Sequence record: OM317910.1
Length of the DNA: 51,908 nucleotides
Source: Klebsiella phage P-K7R
Direction: 5' to 3' (one strand)
Part shown: piece by piece, positions 28,231 to 38,002 of the stretch
Layout of the letters: each line of letters starts with the position of its first letter
How positions within the stretch are numbered: position 1 is the stretch's first letter
Notes under the pieces: model-generated
Database searches by the model: none
What the model was told of the DNA's origin: nothing
The model's input: only the letters and a program-made list of their open reading frames with translations
Program-made: the position numbers and the translations under genes

Positions 28231-28318
28231 CGGTGTTTCCGTTTTTGGGTTCCGCAGAATCGCGAAACGTTTCAAAACAGAAAAAACATACAAATCCACC
28301 TATAATAGATAATAAAAA

Positions 28319-28337
28319 CAATAAGTTAGTTATATAT
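28319..28337 (+). repeat. CAATAAGTTAGTTATATAT, near copy of 163..181
   Basis: Direct comparison. Confidence 0.7.
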
Positions 28338-28582
28338 ATCTAATATTGTTTTTTTATTGTTTCTATTGTTTCACTAGTAATAGCGTTGTCTTGCTGTCTG
28401 TCTATGTATACGTTTTATGTATTTGGTGTGTGTATTTGTATATAGGGCACTCCGCAAAACGCGAAACGAGGAAACAGCCAAAAAACAGGCGTCAATTTCA
28501 AGTAATATCATGCACTTGCAGGCGCAATTTGTTTCTTCTCATCTTAGGAGTGTTTCGAAAACAGAAAAAACAGCAATAGCTA

Positions 28583-28610
28583 TTGACTAAACGCAGAAAC
28601 TAGCTACAAT
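28583..28610 (+). promoter_or_regulatory. Sigma70 promoter TTGACT-N16-TACAAT
   Basis: Direct reading upstream of exonuclease gene. Confidence 0.75.
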
Positions 28611-28638
28611 GCACACATATCAACAAGAGGAGCCGACA

Positions 28639-29703
28639 ATGAGCGATAACATATTTAAGGTTTACACAAGCGACGAACTAACAAACGACGCCTATCACGA
28701 TCCTAATTCATGGTGCGCGGAGTATGTGAGCGGCTCAAGCCTGGCTGATATCTTCTCAAGTTGCCCGGCGGCGTGGAAATTCAAGCAGAGAGAGGACAAA
28801 GCGAAAGCGCTTGTTTTTGGTACGCAGTCGCATACGAACTTTGAGAGCCGGGAGTTATTCGAGCGCCAGTATCGCAGAGCACCAGCGCCGGAGGATTTCG
28901 AAAACCTGATCACAAGCCAAACAGCACTTGCGAGCAAATTAAAATCCTTTGGCCTGAAAGGTACATCCGGGAAAGGATACCCGGAATTGCTTGAGATGAT
29001 GGTTAAATGCGAGGAAGATTTAAACGTTCTTTGGCTTATCGAAATGATCGCAGAAAGCCAGGCGCGGGCCGATGGGGTGGAGCTTGTCCCCGCAAAAGAT
29101 TACGACGCTTGCGTTAAGATGCGCGAAGTGCTGGAAAGCATACCGGAGCACAACGCATGCATGAACAGCCCAACCGCACAGCGTGAGCTTTCCATTTTCG
29201 GGGAGATTGACGGCGTAAAGGTCAAAGTGAGATTGGATCACATCGACGTTTGCAAGGGCGTGTGGGCCACCGTAAAAACCGGAGAAGATCCAGAAGGAAA
29301 CCCGATTTACGAGGCTGTGAAATACGAAGAGGCGATTGTTATCACAGATTACAAAACCACGGCGAGCGCCAACCCTTCCGAGTTCGGACGCCTGGCGGTG
29401 AATCATGGCTACTTGCTCAAGATGGCTTTGCAGCACGATCTATTTAAGCGAGCATATCCAAACGAAAAGCGTCCAGTTGTTGTCCGGCTTCTGGCACAGG
29501 AGAAAAAGGAGCCTTTCTTGCCGCTGGCGTTCCGCATGAGACCGGAGCACTTGAAGATCGGAAGATTGCAGTATATGAGCGTGATCAAGACGTTCGCCAT
29601 GTGCCAGGCGCACAACATCTGGCCTTCATACGCAAACGGGGAGCCAGAGATTGATCTCGATGTGCCTGACTGGTTCACTCGCCAGTACAAAGAATTTTTA
29701 TAG
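28639..29703 (+). CDS. PD-(D/E)XK exonuclease, RecE / exonuclease VIII-like
   Basis: LDHID and EEAIVITDYKTTASA motifs; adjacent ERF and SSB genes. Confidence 0.85.
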   Translation: MSDNIFKVYTSDELTNDAYHDPNSWCAEYVSGSSLADIFSSCPAAWKFKQREDKAKALVFGTQSHTNFESRELFERQYRRAPAPEDFENLITSQTALASKLKSFGLKGTSGKGYPELLEMMVKCEEDLNVLWLIEMIAESQARADGVELVPAKDYDACVKMREVLESIPEHNACMNSPTAQRELSIFGEIDGVKVKVRLDHIDVCKGVWATVKTGEDPEGNPIYEAVKYEEAIVITDYKTTASANPSEFGRLAVNHGYLLKMALQHDLFKRAYPNEKRPVVVRLLAQEKKEPFLPLAFRMRPEHLKIGRLQYMSVIKTFAMCQAHNIWPSYANGEPEIDLDVPDWFTRQYKEFL

Positions 29704-29707
29704 TAAA

Positions 29708-29749
29708 TAGCACAAATAGCTAAACAAATGAAAATCGGGGTGTTATAAT
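29708..29749 (+). promoter_or_regulatory. Palindrome-like TAGCACAAATAGCTA + N21 + TATAAT
   Basis: Direct reading; GGGGTG/CATCCC arms (one G:T). Confidence 0.75.
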
Positions 29750-29789
29750 GCATCCCGTAAGTTAAGCAAAGCCACTAAGGAGATTTACC

Positions 29790-30080
29790 ATGAACACTAA
29801 AGAAATGAACGAAGCACGGAAAGAAGTTGTAAACCACCTGGGCGAATTTATTGCCCGCCTGTCACACGCATTGCGCGATTTCGTTATGCCACTCGACCCA
29901 ACCGAAGGCCCGGATGAAATGGCATACATCCGCCGCGTAATGGATGCGGTCGATAACGTGGTTCTGGTTGCGACGCTGCGAGAAAATGACAAGCAGTCCG
30001 TTGAAGCGATTAAAGAATCTTCCGAACTCATGATGGAAAACCTAATCAAGTTCCACACCGAAGGCGAAGTTAAGCACTAA
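29790..30080 (+). CDS. Hypothetical helical protein
   Basis: ORF with AAGGAG. Confidence 0.7.
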   Translation: MNTKEMNEARKEVVNHLGEFIARLSHALRDFVMPLDPTEGPDEMAYIRRVMDAVDNVVLVATLRENDKQSVEAIKESSELMMENLIKFHTEGEVKH

Positions 30081-30126
30081 TTAAAACAAGGGAGGCGAAA
30101 GCCTCCCAACCAATCAGGAGATAAAC

Positions 30127-30780
30127 ATGAAGCTTTCCGAAAAGTTCGACGAGGTTTTACCAGCGCTGCATAAGGCCCGCAGCATGTTTGTTAAGGTGAA
30201 AAAGGATCGCCAAAACTCACACCTCAAAAACAAATATGCGACGCTCGATAGCGTGCTAGACGCAATCACCCCGGCGCTAACCGATAATAGCTTGATGCTC
30301 ATGCAGGACATGATCGAAAGCGAAGCACCAAACAGAATCAAGGTTGAAACGACCGTTATTCATACTTCCGGGCAGTGGGTTAAATTCTATGCGGAGTTGC
30401 CGATTGTCAAAAACGACCCGCAAGGCGTTGGATCTGCTTTCACTTACGCTCGACGCTACGCAGCCGCCGCCGCATTTGGTTTAAGCCAGGCAGACGACGA
30501 CGCACAAATCGCAGTTAAGAGCGCACAGGACTGGAAGCGCGACATTGATAAATGCGAAGATCTTGAATCGTTGCAGCGCGTTCTAAAACAGGCATGGAGC
30601 GCATGCGATCCGGCAAGTAAGCAGGTAGTAAAAGAGCATTACGAAAGCCGCAAGGCGCAGATTGAGATCGGAAGCGCTCGCGGATTCTCCCCGGCAGCAC
30701 CACGCCAAAACCTGGCAACCACGGTTGACCAACCAGCCGCCAAAGCGGTAGAATCACAGCCAATCACCGATTTTGAATAA
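30127..30780 (+). CDS. erf: ERF-family single-strand annealing protein
   Basis: [38 protein letters not shown]... [24 protein letters not shown]. Confidence 0.9.
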   Translation: MKLSEKFDEVLPALHKARSMFVKVKKDRQNSHLKNKYATLDSVLDAITPALTDNSLMLMQDMIESEAPNRIKVETTVIHTSGQWVKFYAELPIVKNDPQGVGSAFTYARRYAAAAAFGLSQADDDAQIAVKSAQDWKRDIDKCEDLESLQRVLKQAWSACDPASKQVVKEHYESRKAQIEIGSARGFSPAAPRQNLATTVDQPAAKAVESQPITDFE

Positions 30781-30819
30781 TTAACAGCGGGGCGGAAACG
30801 CCCCGATAAGGATCATATA

Positions 30820-31239
30820 ATGCATGTAATTACCGGAGAAATTCGCAAAGAGCCTCGCGTTAAAGCTGGTGCAAACGGCACGCTGTACATCGTCGAGTTA
30901 TCCGAGCGATACAAAGACCGCGATCAGCAGTGGCAGTACACCAACTACACTTTCTTTTTCAACGCCAAAAGCGAAGGATTAAACGGCTGGTATCAAGAGG
31001 CTTTCCAGGTAGGCAAGGTAATCTCCGTTTCGTGCGAAACGCTGCGCATTGAGTCGCGAGAGTACGAGGGCAAGGTTTACAACACGCTTCAAGCTGGCGG
31101 ATTTGCAAATCTGATCTTTAGCCAGCGCGGCGGGCAGCAGCAAGCGCCACAGCAAAGCCAGCCTCGTCAGCAAACGCAATCGCAGCCACGCCAAAACAGC
31201 GAGCCGCCGATCGATTTTGATGATGATATCCCATTCTAA
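30820..31239 (+). CDS. Single-stranded DNA binding protein-like
   Basis: OB-like N-terminus, Gln-rich linker, acidic DDDIPF tail. Confidence 0.87.
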   Translation: MHVITGEIRKEPRVKAGANGTLYIVELSERYKDRDQQWQYTNYTFFFNAKSEGLNGWYQEAFQVGKVISVSCETLRIESREYEGKVYNTLQAGGFANLIFSQRGGQQQAPQQSQPRQQTQSQPRQNSEPPIDFDDDIPF

Positions 31240-31246
31240 AAGCAAA

Positions 31247-31277
31247 GGGGCCAATTGGCCCCTTTCTCTATTCCATA
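31247..31277. terminator. Bidirectional terminator AAAGGGGCC-AATT-GGCCCCTTT
   Basis: Perfect stem between convergent genes. Confidence 0.85.
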
Positions 31278-31504
31278 GTACCTAAAACAGCGATAACTTT
31301 AACGGCAATCCTTTTTGCCAATTCTACCTGATTGGAATTTAACTTCCCTGTCGTCATGAACGACAACATGCCGCTCATGCTTCCCAATGACTTAAAATCT
31401 TGCATTGCAGATTTCATTATGTCACTTCTGGAATGGCCCTCATCAATAATCGCATGCGCTCTTTGGGCCAATTCTGCAACAAGTTTATCGATCCCGTTAC
31501 TCAT
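31268..31504 (-). CDS. Hypothetical protein
   Basis: ORF. Confidence 0.65.
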   Translation of the reverse strand: MSNGIDKLVAELAQRAHAIIDEGHSRSDIMKSAMQDFKSLGSMSGMLSFMTTGKLNSNQVELAKRIAVKVIAVLGTME

Positions 31505-32006
31505 CTTTGCTTACCTTCTGTTGTGGTTGCTCTTTTGGTTCGTATGTTTCTTTTTTGGCTGATACGGGCCAGGGGCTGATGCTTTCCCTTTCCGTTGCTG
31601 GCTGATCCGGCTCAATGCCAAGGAACTTGCCAACAAATTCATTAACAAATCCGGTGCTATCGCTAACATAAACATGCATGCGATCAAGGTCGGCTTGTGT
31701 TATTGAGTTAGGCGATATAATGATCTTTTGGGGGTGAAAACCGATATACATCACATTAACAGGCCGCTCAATCGTTCCCGGAGTTGGCGCTATTACTCCC
31801 ATAATCCAGCAGTAATGAACACTTCCATCTCCAATAGGTTCACATCCGGCATTTAGCCAATTTACTTTGTGGTGAGGAAAGAAAGTTGACGAGTCTGTTG
31901 CATCGCGACGTAGAGACCAGTTAACGCCACCAATCGTAAACATATTGCGCGGGCGCATGCCGTTAAACTGAGTCACTCCAATCCCGTTTGTTTTAATGTT
32001 TTGCAT
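31497..32006 (-). CDS. Hypothetical protein
   Basis: ORF. Confidence 0.7.
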   Translation of the reverse strand: MQNIKTNGIGVTQFNGMRPRNMFTIGGVNWSLRRDATDSSTFFPHHKVNWLNAGCEPIGDGSVHYCWIMGVIAPTPGTIERPVNVMYIGFHPQKIIISPNSITQADLDRMHVYVSDSTGFVNEFVGKFLGIEPDQPATERESISPWPVSAKKETYEPKEQPQQKVSKDE

Positions 32007-32020
32007 ATCGGTTCACCTTT

Positions 32021-32341
32021 TTACATGTTTTTCATTTTGCTAAGAGCGCAGATACAAGCAGCAGCAAGATCCGTTAACTCTTTTTCAATTCCGGCGCGTG
32101 ATCCATCCGCTTTCTTTTCCATAAGCTCGGAATATTCCATTTCAACTATAGACATCATCCCACCTGGTTGATCAATGTAGGCGTCCCACGTTTTAGGGTG
32201 GTCTTCCATTCTGTGAGCGACCTTTTTCATTGCGTGATGATGTTTGTGATCCAGTTCTTCATGTTCCGAATCACCCTCTCCAAACGAGATGCGAGCCATC
32301 GTAACGCGCGGTAATTTTTGCCGTGGTAAATAAATCTTCAT
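32021..32341 (-). CDS. Hypothetical His-rich-segment protein
   Basis: ORF 32021..32347. Confidence 0.65.
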   Translation of the reverse strand: MKIYLPRQKLPRVTMARISFGEGDSEHEELDHKHHHAMKKVAHRMEDHPKTWDAYIDQPGGMMSIVEMEYSELMEKKADGSRAGIEKELTDLAAACICALSKMKNM

Positions 32342-32353
32342 AATCAAAGCCCT

Positions 32354-32376
32354 CGTTAAAAGCGCCCGAAGGCGCT
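32354..32376 (-). terminator. Terminator AAAGCGCC-TTCG-GGCGCTTTT (minus strand)
   Basis: Stem plus U tract. Confidence 0.8.
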
Positions 32377-32389
32377 TTATTTTGACGCA

Positions 32390-33088
32390 TTAAGAAACCG
32401 GAGGAGTTGCCGGGGTCGGGAGCTTAAAGTTAATAAGCTGGTAAACCTCGTTAATGCGCTGGTTCAGTGCCGCAGTCTGTGCAAGCTGGCTGTTTTCAAA
32501 CTGTGCGGTTCGTAACTGATCTTTCAGGTCACAAATCAACACGGCTTGAGCCTGTGCATGCTGATCGCGAATCAGTGCGCGGGTTTCTTCCGCCTGAGTC
32601 TCGATAGTGCGGTTAGTCTGGCAGCAACACGATTGATCGCGGAGTTGCGCTTCATACGCCAGGCGCTGGGCCTCGTAAGACTGTGCGCAAATAGCGTTAC
32701 CGATCGTGTTTACGCCGGAGGCAATCGCGGTGTTAAGACCCGCAAAGCCCTGGACGTTAGCCAGCATTGCTTGCGTCCCCTGACTGGTCAGGCCGTTAAA
32801 GGTTGACGCGGCGGAGCGTTCGATCGCCATATTGGTGGTGTTCTGGCCTTGCAGCATCTGCAATCCTAAGCCGTTAACACTTGATTGGATGCCGCTGATG
32901 CCGTCCATCAACGCACTAGCACCAACGCCAACCGCAACACCAGCGCCATCTGCGCCACCGCCCCAACCGCCACGACCAAAGCCATTGCCGAACCATGAAC
33001 CGATCAGGCCACCTACAGCACCACCAATGCCAGCCGCGCCAGCTTCACCACCGAAACCGCCAGTTGGTAAAAGAGTCATATCAGACAT
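32390..33088 (-). CDS. Gly-rich protein with Cys cluster, likely virion- or fibre-associated
   Basis: GGFGGEAGAAGIGGAVGG... CCCQT; adjacent to fibre gene. Confidence 0.65.
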   Translation of the reverse strand: MSDMTLLPTGGFGGEAGAAGIGGAVGGLIGSWFGNGFGRGGWGGGADGAGVAVGVGASALMDGISGIQSSVNGLGLQMLQGQNTTNMAIERSAASTFNGLTSQGTQAMLANVQGFAGLNTAIASGVNTIGNAICAQSYEAQRLAYEAQLRDQSCCCQTNRTIETQAEETRALIRDQHAQAQAVLICDLKDQLRTAQFENSQLAQTAALNQRINEVYQLINFKLPTPATPPVS

Positions 33089-33301
33089 AATAATTTCCTC
33101 GTATTGAAAGTTTATTTAAAGTGTGGCTCCCTGCCACGCCTTTAAATCTACTCCTAACATATTGATTTTAAAAGTATATTTTTGTTTGGTTATGTATGAT
33201 AAATGTAATCAATTGGCACTTTCTGGCGATAGCCTATGAAATTTATGGGTTTTTTGGCGGGTAAAATTGTTATGAAAAAAGGGGCCAAACGGCCCCTTTG
33301 A

Positions 33302-36300
33302 TTATTTAATCAGCGATTTAACCATCTCGCGAAGTTCAGCAACTTCTGATTTAAGAGATTTAATTTCTGCGTCCTGCTCCTGAATCGTCGTTACCATATC
33401 AGCCATAATTGCCGTCTGGTCAACGTTCAGGATCTTGATGCTTTCGCCGTTGATATCCATTTCAGAGCCGGAGAAAGTATAACACTCATCAATCGTGTCT
33501 GCTTGCTGCGCAATGAAGCCGCGACGAATGCGATCCTCGCCAATCATTTTAAACTCGCTAACGCCAAGTTTTAAAATGCGCTCCCGCGCTCCCTCCGCTG
33601 GCTCCTCGAAATCAGTTTTAATTCTGATATCAGAGCCGGACGTTTGAACAGCCCCCTTCGGGGTATCAATAACGCCGCCAGAGTTGAAAATGAAAGCGTC
33701 AGTGCGCCCAAAGCCATCAAGGTAAATTACAGCCCTGTGATTTGTTCCAACATACTCCTCAAGGTAAAAGTTTACAACCGCGCCAGCCGTATCACCGTAA
33801 GCACCGCGACCATAAATCATTGATTGAAGCGGTGCGCCTGTGATTAACTGCCCTATAGACGGATTAGACGGAGCAATGTTTGCAACCTTAACAGCTCCAA
33901 CCGCGTTAACGCTTCCGCTACAGTCAACGCTCCCCTTGATTCCAAGTAATCCAGCCCTCTCCTCAATCAGTCGCAAAGTGTAATCAGCGCTTGATCTATT
34001 AAAATGAAAGTCAATGTAAGGCGTTGCATGGTAAACCTCAATCCCTCCGTTATTGATCGTTATTTGTCCACTGCTGGCTGTAAAGCCTTTGCTTTCAACG
34101 ACTCCATCAACAACCATGTTTCCGCTTCCTGAAATCGTCACTTGGCCTTGCGACGCCATGTCGCCGTTTGGGCGCAAGTACATTAACTGACCAGCTTTCG
34201 AGCTAATGATTGGCGAGCCGGAAGCGTTGCAACGGATTGCCGCGCCTTGACCAAATGCAATTTTGGTATCTCCACCACTTGCAGACGTGCAAGAGACATC
34301 GATCCCATTGTCCGACGCCGCAGCGCCAGCGGGTCGCAGTTGAACCTGTCTATCAGTGCCACCGGAGGCAGACAGAATCAAGCGACCCTCGCCACCTTCG
34401 CGAACCATTGCCCCGCGACCAATTACGATCCCCTTGTCAGTCCCTGGCACTTTCGATGCTGCGCCGCCACCAACTCCAAGGTTTCCGTTTAGCGAGCCAG
34501 CACCACCAACCGAAAGCTCGCCACCAGACAGGCGACCTGTAGCGCTTAACGTCTTAACGCTAACGTCCTGATTAAGACCGCTAACAACATTCTCACGCCA
34601 TGCCGACCATGTGCCATTGCTGCAATAACGCTCGTATTGGCGGCTTGTGTCGGAGCTATACAGTAATTGACGGCAAGTGTAATCTGTATCGCTAACCTTC
34701 CTTACAGACTCAAGGCGAATGATAAAGTTACCAACTACGCCGCTTGGCTTGTTGGTTATCTTGTTCCCGCCGCCCTGGCTTAAACACTGATAAAACCTAA
34801 CCGTTCCAACATCCGACTTTTTGATCACAAGACTGTTAAGATCCAACGTCTGATCACTGACATTCTCAGCTTCCCAAAACCCATAAAATCCAGCCTTAAA
34901 CGTTACCGCCTTGCTGAATATGTAAGCGCCGCCGATTGTCTGATCCGCATTAAGCATTTTTAGCGTTACAAGCTTGCTGTTTTGCTTCTGGTCTGGATTC
35001 TCCCCATAAGACAAGTCGCCATCTTTATCAACTCCCAACCTCTTTAGGTTCTTATCTTTTAGCTTAAAACCTATTGACAAATTGGCGTCATTGTCTGGAC
35101 GCTCAAAAATTATCGGCGTGTGCTGGCTACCGTTAACACTGATGGTTGTTGCCGCTGTTTCCGTATCAGGGTTGTTAACCTCAATCGTGCGGCTTGACGC
35201 CTTGCCGTTAACTTGGATTCCGTTTGCAGTCATTTTCCCGGCGCTATCAAAGATAAATTCGCCGCCACTTACACCCGCTGTATTTTTTGCCCTAACCCTG
35301 ATTTCGCCAATGCTTTCTGTGTTAGGGGTCGCCCAAATAACTCCTCGCTCGCTTCCGTCGCCATTTTTAAACCAAACGTGCGAGTTGCCGCCAGTTGATT
35401 TAAGGTGGAGCGATGCGAGACCTTTCGTGATCTCAAGATCGCCGCTCATCGTGTCGCCAGTCTTTTTAACCTGCGCGTCATTGGTTACGTTTCCAAGACC
35501 AACATCACCCTTGCTAGGCTTATTCCCTTGATCATAAATGCGTCGCGGCGAGCTTTCCACATACCCGGAAGGCATGGCGGATTGCTTAACAAATCCCGTC
35601 GGAATGTATAACTCTGTGCGTCCTGTTTGCGCCAGAATCGCAACCTTAGCGCCATTAATAAAGGCACGTTGGAAGGCCCAGACCTCAATAAACCCATCAC
35701 CCTTAACAAGACCATAACGCATCTGATTGGTATCATCCAGGCTTGGAGATCCAAGGCGACGAATCGAAAGGAAGTTCGCAACGTTTGACGTTGTCATGTT
35801 CGTCATGCCGCGAGCGGAAATTTCGATAAAGTCAATATTTCCGTAAGTTGAGCCGTAGTTTCCGCCGTTAGTTACCATTAGCGTTAGATGGCTGTTATTG
35901 TTTCCAGGATCTGTCAGCTTGGCGATCTTTATATAAACATTATCGTTGCCAGTGATGACGGGCCAATCGTATTGGACAAGCGGACTTGCGATACCCTGCG
36001 CAGTTTCCATGTACTCTTTCGCTTTGTTCTCTGACGCCTTGGCGTTGGTTTCGCTGGTCTTCGCGTTTGTCTCAGACGTTTTAGCAGCGTTTTTGCTGTT
36101 ATTGGCGTTAGTCTCGCTGGTTTTCGCCGCGCTTGCCGAATTTGCCGCCGCAGTTTTTGAGTTTTCCGCGTTTGTTTCGCTGGTTTTCGCTGCGCTCGCA
36201 GAGTTAGCCGCCGCTGCCTTACTTGATGCTGCGTTAGTTTCGCTCACCTTCGCCGCGTCCTGGCTTGCCTTCGCTGCCGTCGCGGAGTTAGCCGCCGCCG

Positions 36301-36880
36301 TCTTGCTTGATGCTGCGTTTGTCTCCGATGTTTTGGCGTTAGTCTCGGAAGTTTTGGCGGCGTTCTTGCTGTTATTCGCTGCCGTCTCGCTGGCCTTAGC
36401 GTTGGTTTCAGAGGTCTTGGCTGCGTTCTTGCTTGCTAACGCTGCGTTTTCCGACGCCTTGGCGTTGGTTTCGGAAGTCTTCGCTTTTGCGGCTGCATCC
36501 TTTGTCTGATTGGTCAGATCTTCCAGCTTTGCAAAATCGAACGTTTCCAGAAATTCGATGAAGTGAGCAAACTCGGTTTCTCTCCCCTGGTAATAACGCA
36601 GAGTTTCGGCTACGTCTTGCGCCAGCCCGTCAACGGTCAAAGAGTCATGCAGGAAAATAACATAGTTGACTCTTGATACCGCAACGCCGTTTGTCGTAAT
36701 GGCACGCATAGAGGTATCGTTAACAACCTCAGTAATGACGCCAAACTGCAACGGGTTAGACAGAAAGATGATTGTTGCACCGGAGCGAATGAGCGTTAAT
36801 TGCTCACGCCATTTTGTGCCGTATCCAGTAATGTAGCCTTGAGCGTCCATTGACGCCTGACCTGTGCGATAAATAGCCAT
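33302..36880 (-). CDS. Tail fibre with C-terminal S74 intramolecular chaperone
   Basis: 1192 aa; (A)AKTSETNAK repeats; C-terminal GSDIRIKTDFEE...RRGFIAQQ plus terminal coiled coil. Confidence 0.93.
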   Translation of the reverse strand: MAIYRTGQASMDAQGYITGYGTKWREQLTLIRSGATIIFLSNPLQFGVITEVVNDTSMRAITTNGVAVSRVNYVIFLHDSLTVDGLAQDVAETLRYYQGRETEFAHFIEFLETFDFAKLEDLTNQTKDAAAKAKTSETNAKASENAALASKNAAKTSETNAKASETAANNSKNAAKTSETNAKTSETNAASSKTAAANSATAAKASQDAAKVSETNAASSKAAAANSASAAKTSETNAENSKTAAANSASAAKTSETNANNSKNAAKTSETNAKTSETNAKASENKAKEYMETAQGIASPLVQYDWPVITGNDNVYIKIAKLTDPGNNNSHLTLMVTNGGNYGSTYGNIDFIEISARGMTNMTTSNVANFLSIRRLGSPSLDDTNQMRYGLVKGDGFIEVWAFQRAFINGAKVAILAQTGRTELYIPTGFVKQSAMPSGYVESSPRRIYDQGNKPSKGDVGLGNVTNDAQVKKTGDTMSGDLEITKGLASLHLKSTGGNSHVWFKNGDGSERGVIWATPNTESIGEIRVRAKNTAGVSGGEFIFDSAGKMTANGIQVNGKASSRTIEVNNPDTETAATTISVNGSQHTPIIFERPDNDANLSIGFKLKDKNLKRLGVDKDGDLSYGENPDQKQNSKLVTLKMLNADQTIGGAYIFSKAVTFKAGFYGFWEAENVSDQTLDLNSLVIKKSDVGTVRFYQCLSQGGGNKITNKPSGVVGNFIIRLESVRKVSDTDYTCRQLLYSSDTSRQYERYCSNGTWSAWRENVVSGLNQDVSVKTLSATGRLSGGELSVGGAGSLNGNLGVGGGAASKVPGTDKGIVIGRGAMVREGGEGRLILSASGGTDRQVQLRPAGAAASDNGIDVSCTSASGGDTKIAFGQGAAIRCNASGSPIISSKAGQLMYLRPNGDMASQGQVTISGSGNMVVDGVVESKGFTASSGQITINNGGIEVYHATPYIDFHFNRSSADYTLRLIEERAGLLGIKGSVDCSGSVNAVGAVKVANIAPSNPSIGQLITGAPLQSMIYGRGAYGDTAGAVVNFYLEEYVGTNHRAVIYLDGFGRTDAFIFNSGGVIDTPKGAVQTSGSDIRIKTDFEEPAEGARERILKLGVSEFKMIGEDRIRRGFIAQQADTIDECYTFSGSEMDINGESIKILNVDQTAIMADMVTTIQEQDAEIKSLKSEVAELREMVKSLIK
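36020..36500 (-). repeat. Degenerate tandem repeat encoding NAKTSETNAA(A/S)-type coiled coil of tail fibre
   Basis: Direct reading of translation and DNA. Confidence 0.85.
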
Positions 36881-36897
36881 CTATAAAATCTCCTAAA

Positions 36898-36912
36898 TAG
36901 CACGTTTTGTTA
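36898..36912 (-). promoter_or_regulatory. Degenerate palindrome TAACAAAACGTGCTA between putative -10 (TAAAAT, 36930..36925) and RBS of tail fibre gene
   Basis: Direct reading, minus strand. Confidence 0.5.
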
Positions 36913-36946
36913 ATGACAGGAGTAATTTTAGCATTGCGCAAGGCAT

Positions 36947-36981
36947 AAAAAAAGCCCCGCAACAAAAAACAATGCGGGGCT
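36947..36981 (-). terminator. Terminator AGCCCCGC...GCGGGGCTTTTTTT (minus strand)
   Basis: 8-bp stem plus U tract after primase gene. Confidence 0.85.
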
Positions 36982-37009
36982 AAAACCAATGGAGATAATA
37001 CAATGAGGG

Positions 37010-37942
37010 TTATAAGAGGGATTCAGGCTTGTAGAGCTTTCGCTCTATCCCTCGCTTGAAATTATTGCCGATCGGGATCATGACGTCAAGCCCTCTTTCT
37101 TCTGCCGCTATCAAAACATCTCGATCCGTTGTTCTGCAAACAACTCGCATTTGTCGCGGGCCTTTGTAGCGATGAGCAACCATTTCCAGATTGTACTGAC
37201 TAAAGCACGTCCAAACCTCTTGCCCCGTCGATAAATGAGTGTGCTGTGCATCAATCCAATCAACGCAGAGATAGATCGTTTTATCTGTCTTACCAGTCAC
37301 GGCAACCGATCCCCTTGTGTAATCCTTGGCGTAAAAGCTTTGCGTTGCCTCGCCGTCAATAAACAGAATATTGCACATCTCATCATCAACGCCATCTTCA
37401 TGTACGAGCATGCACGGAATAGCGTGTATTAGCTCCTCTTCCGGCGTGCCAGCGTTTTTTACGCCTACGGAATACGATTCATCATCTGGCGGGAAAATCC
37501 CCTCATAAGCGCTTAGAGGCGTTCTGTCTACCTTTATTGTTCGTTCCATTACCGCAACGCAGTTTTCATGCGGAGCCTGTGCGCCAAAGCTGTAACCAGA
37601 GGAGCGAGAGGCTCGTTTGTTTGCCTTGATCACATACTCTTGCGGAACCTTCCCAAGAAAACGGCCAAGGATGTTAATCACTTCGCTGTAAGGTTCCCCG
37701 GTTAGCTTCATCATCCAGCCGATCCCGGAGTCATTGCCGCATGCGTTGCAGATCGCGCCGCCGTCGCCGTCCGTGTTTAATTTGTCAGTCCAGCGGAAAC
37801 GGTCTTTACCTCCGCAATGCGGGCATGGCTGGTGCTTTTTGTTGAATACGTCACTATGCAAGCCGCAGATGGATTGCAGCGCGTCGCGCCACATCCCTTT
37901 CATGTACGGCAAAACATCTTCTTTCTGATACATCATTTGCAT
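37010..37942 (-). CDS. DNA primase with zinc-binding domain and Toprim-like region
   Basis: CPHCGGKDRFRWTD...ICNACG Zn motif; VCRTTDRDVLIAAEERGLDVMI. Confidence 0.85.
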   Translation of the reverse strand: MQMMYQKEDVLPYMKGMWRDALQSICGLHSDVFNKKHQPCPHCGGKDRFRWTDKLNTDGDGGAICNACGNDSGIGWMMKLTGEPYSEVINILGRFLGKVPQEYVIKANKRASRSSGYSFGAQAPHENCVAVMERTIKVDRTPLSAYEGIFPPDDESYSVGVKNAGTPEEELIHAIPCMLVHEDGVDDEMCNILFIDGEATQSFYAKDYTRGSVAVTGKTDKTIYLCVDWIDAQHTHLSTGQEVWTCFSQYNLEMVAHRYKGPRQMRVVCRTTDRDVLIAAEERGLDVMIPIGNNFKRGIERKLYKPESLL

Positions 37943-38002
37943 ATTGATTTCTCCAAATAAAAATCGCGTGCATGGAATCTACCACACACGCGATCGCGTC
38001 AT

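Noticed and set aside
35946-36509. Plus-strand ORF of 187 aa opposite the tail fibre repeats
   Set aside because: Repetitive hydrophobic translation (ALVSLVFAFVSDVLAAF) is the mirror of the coiled-coil repeat, not a gene.
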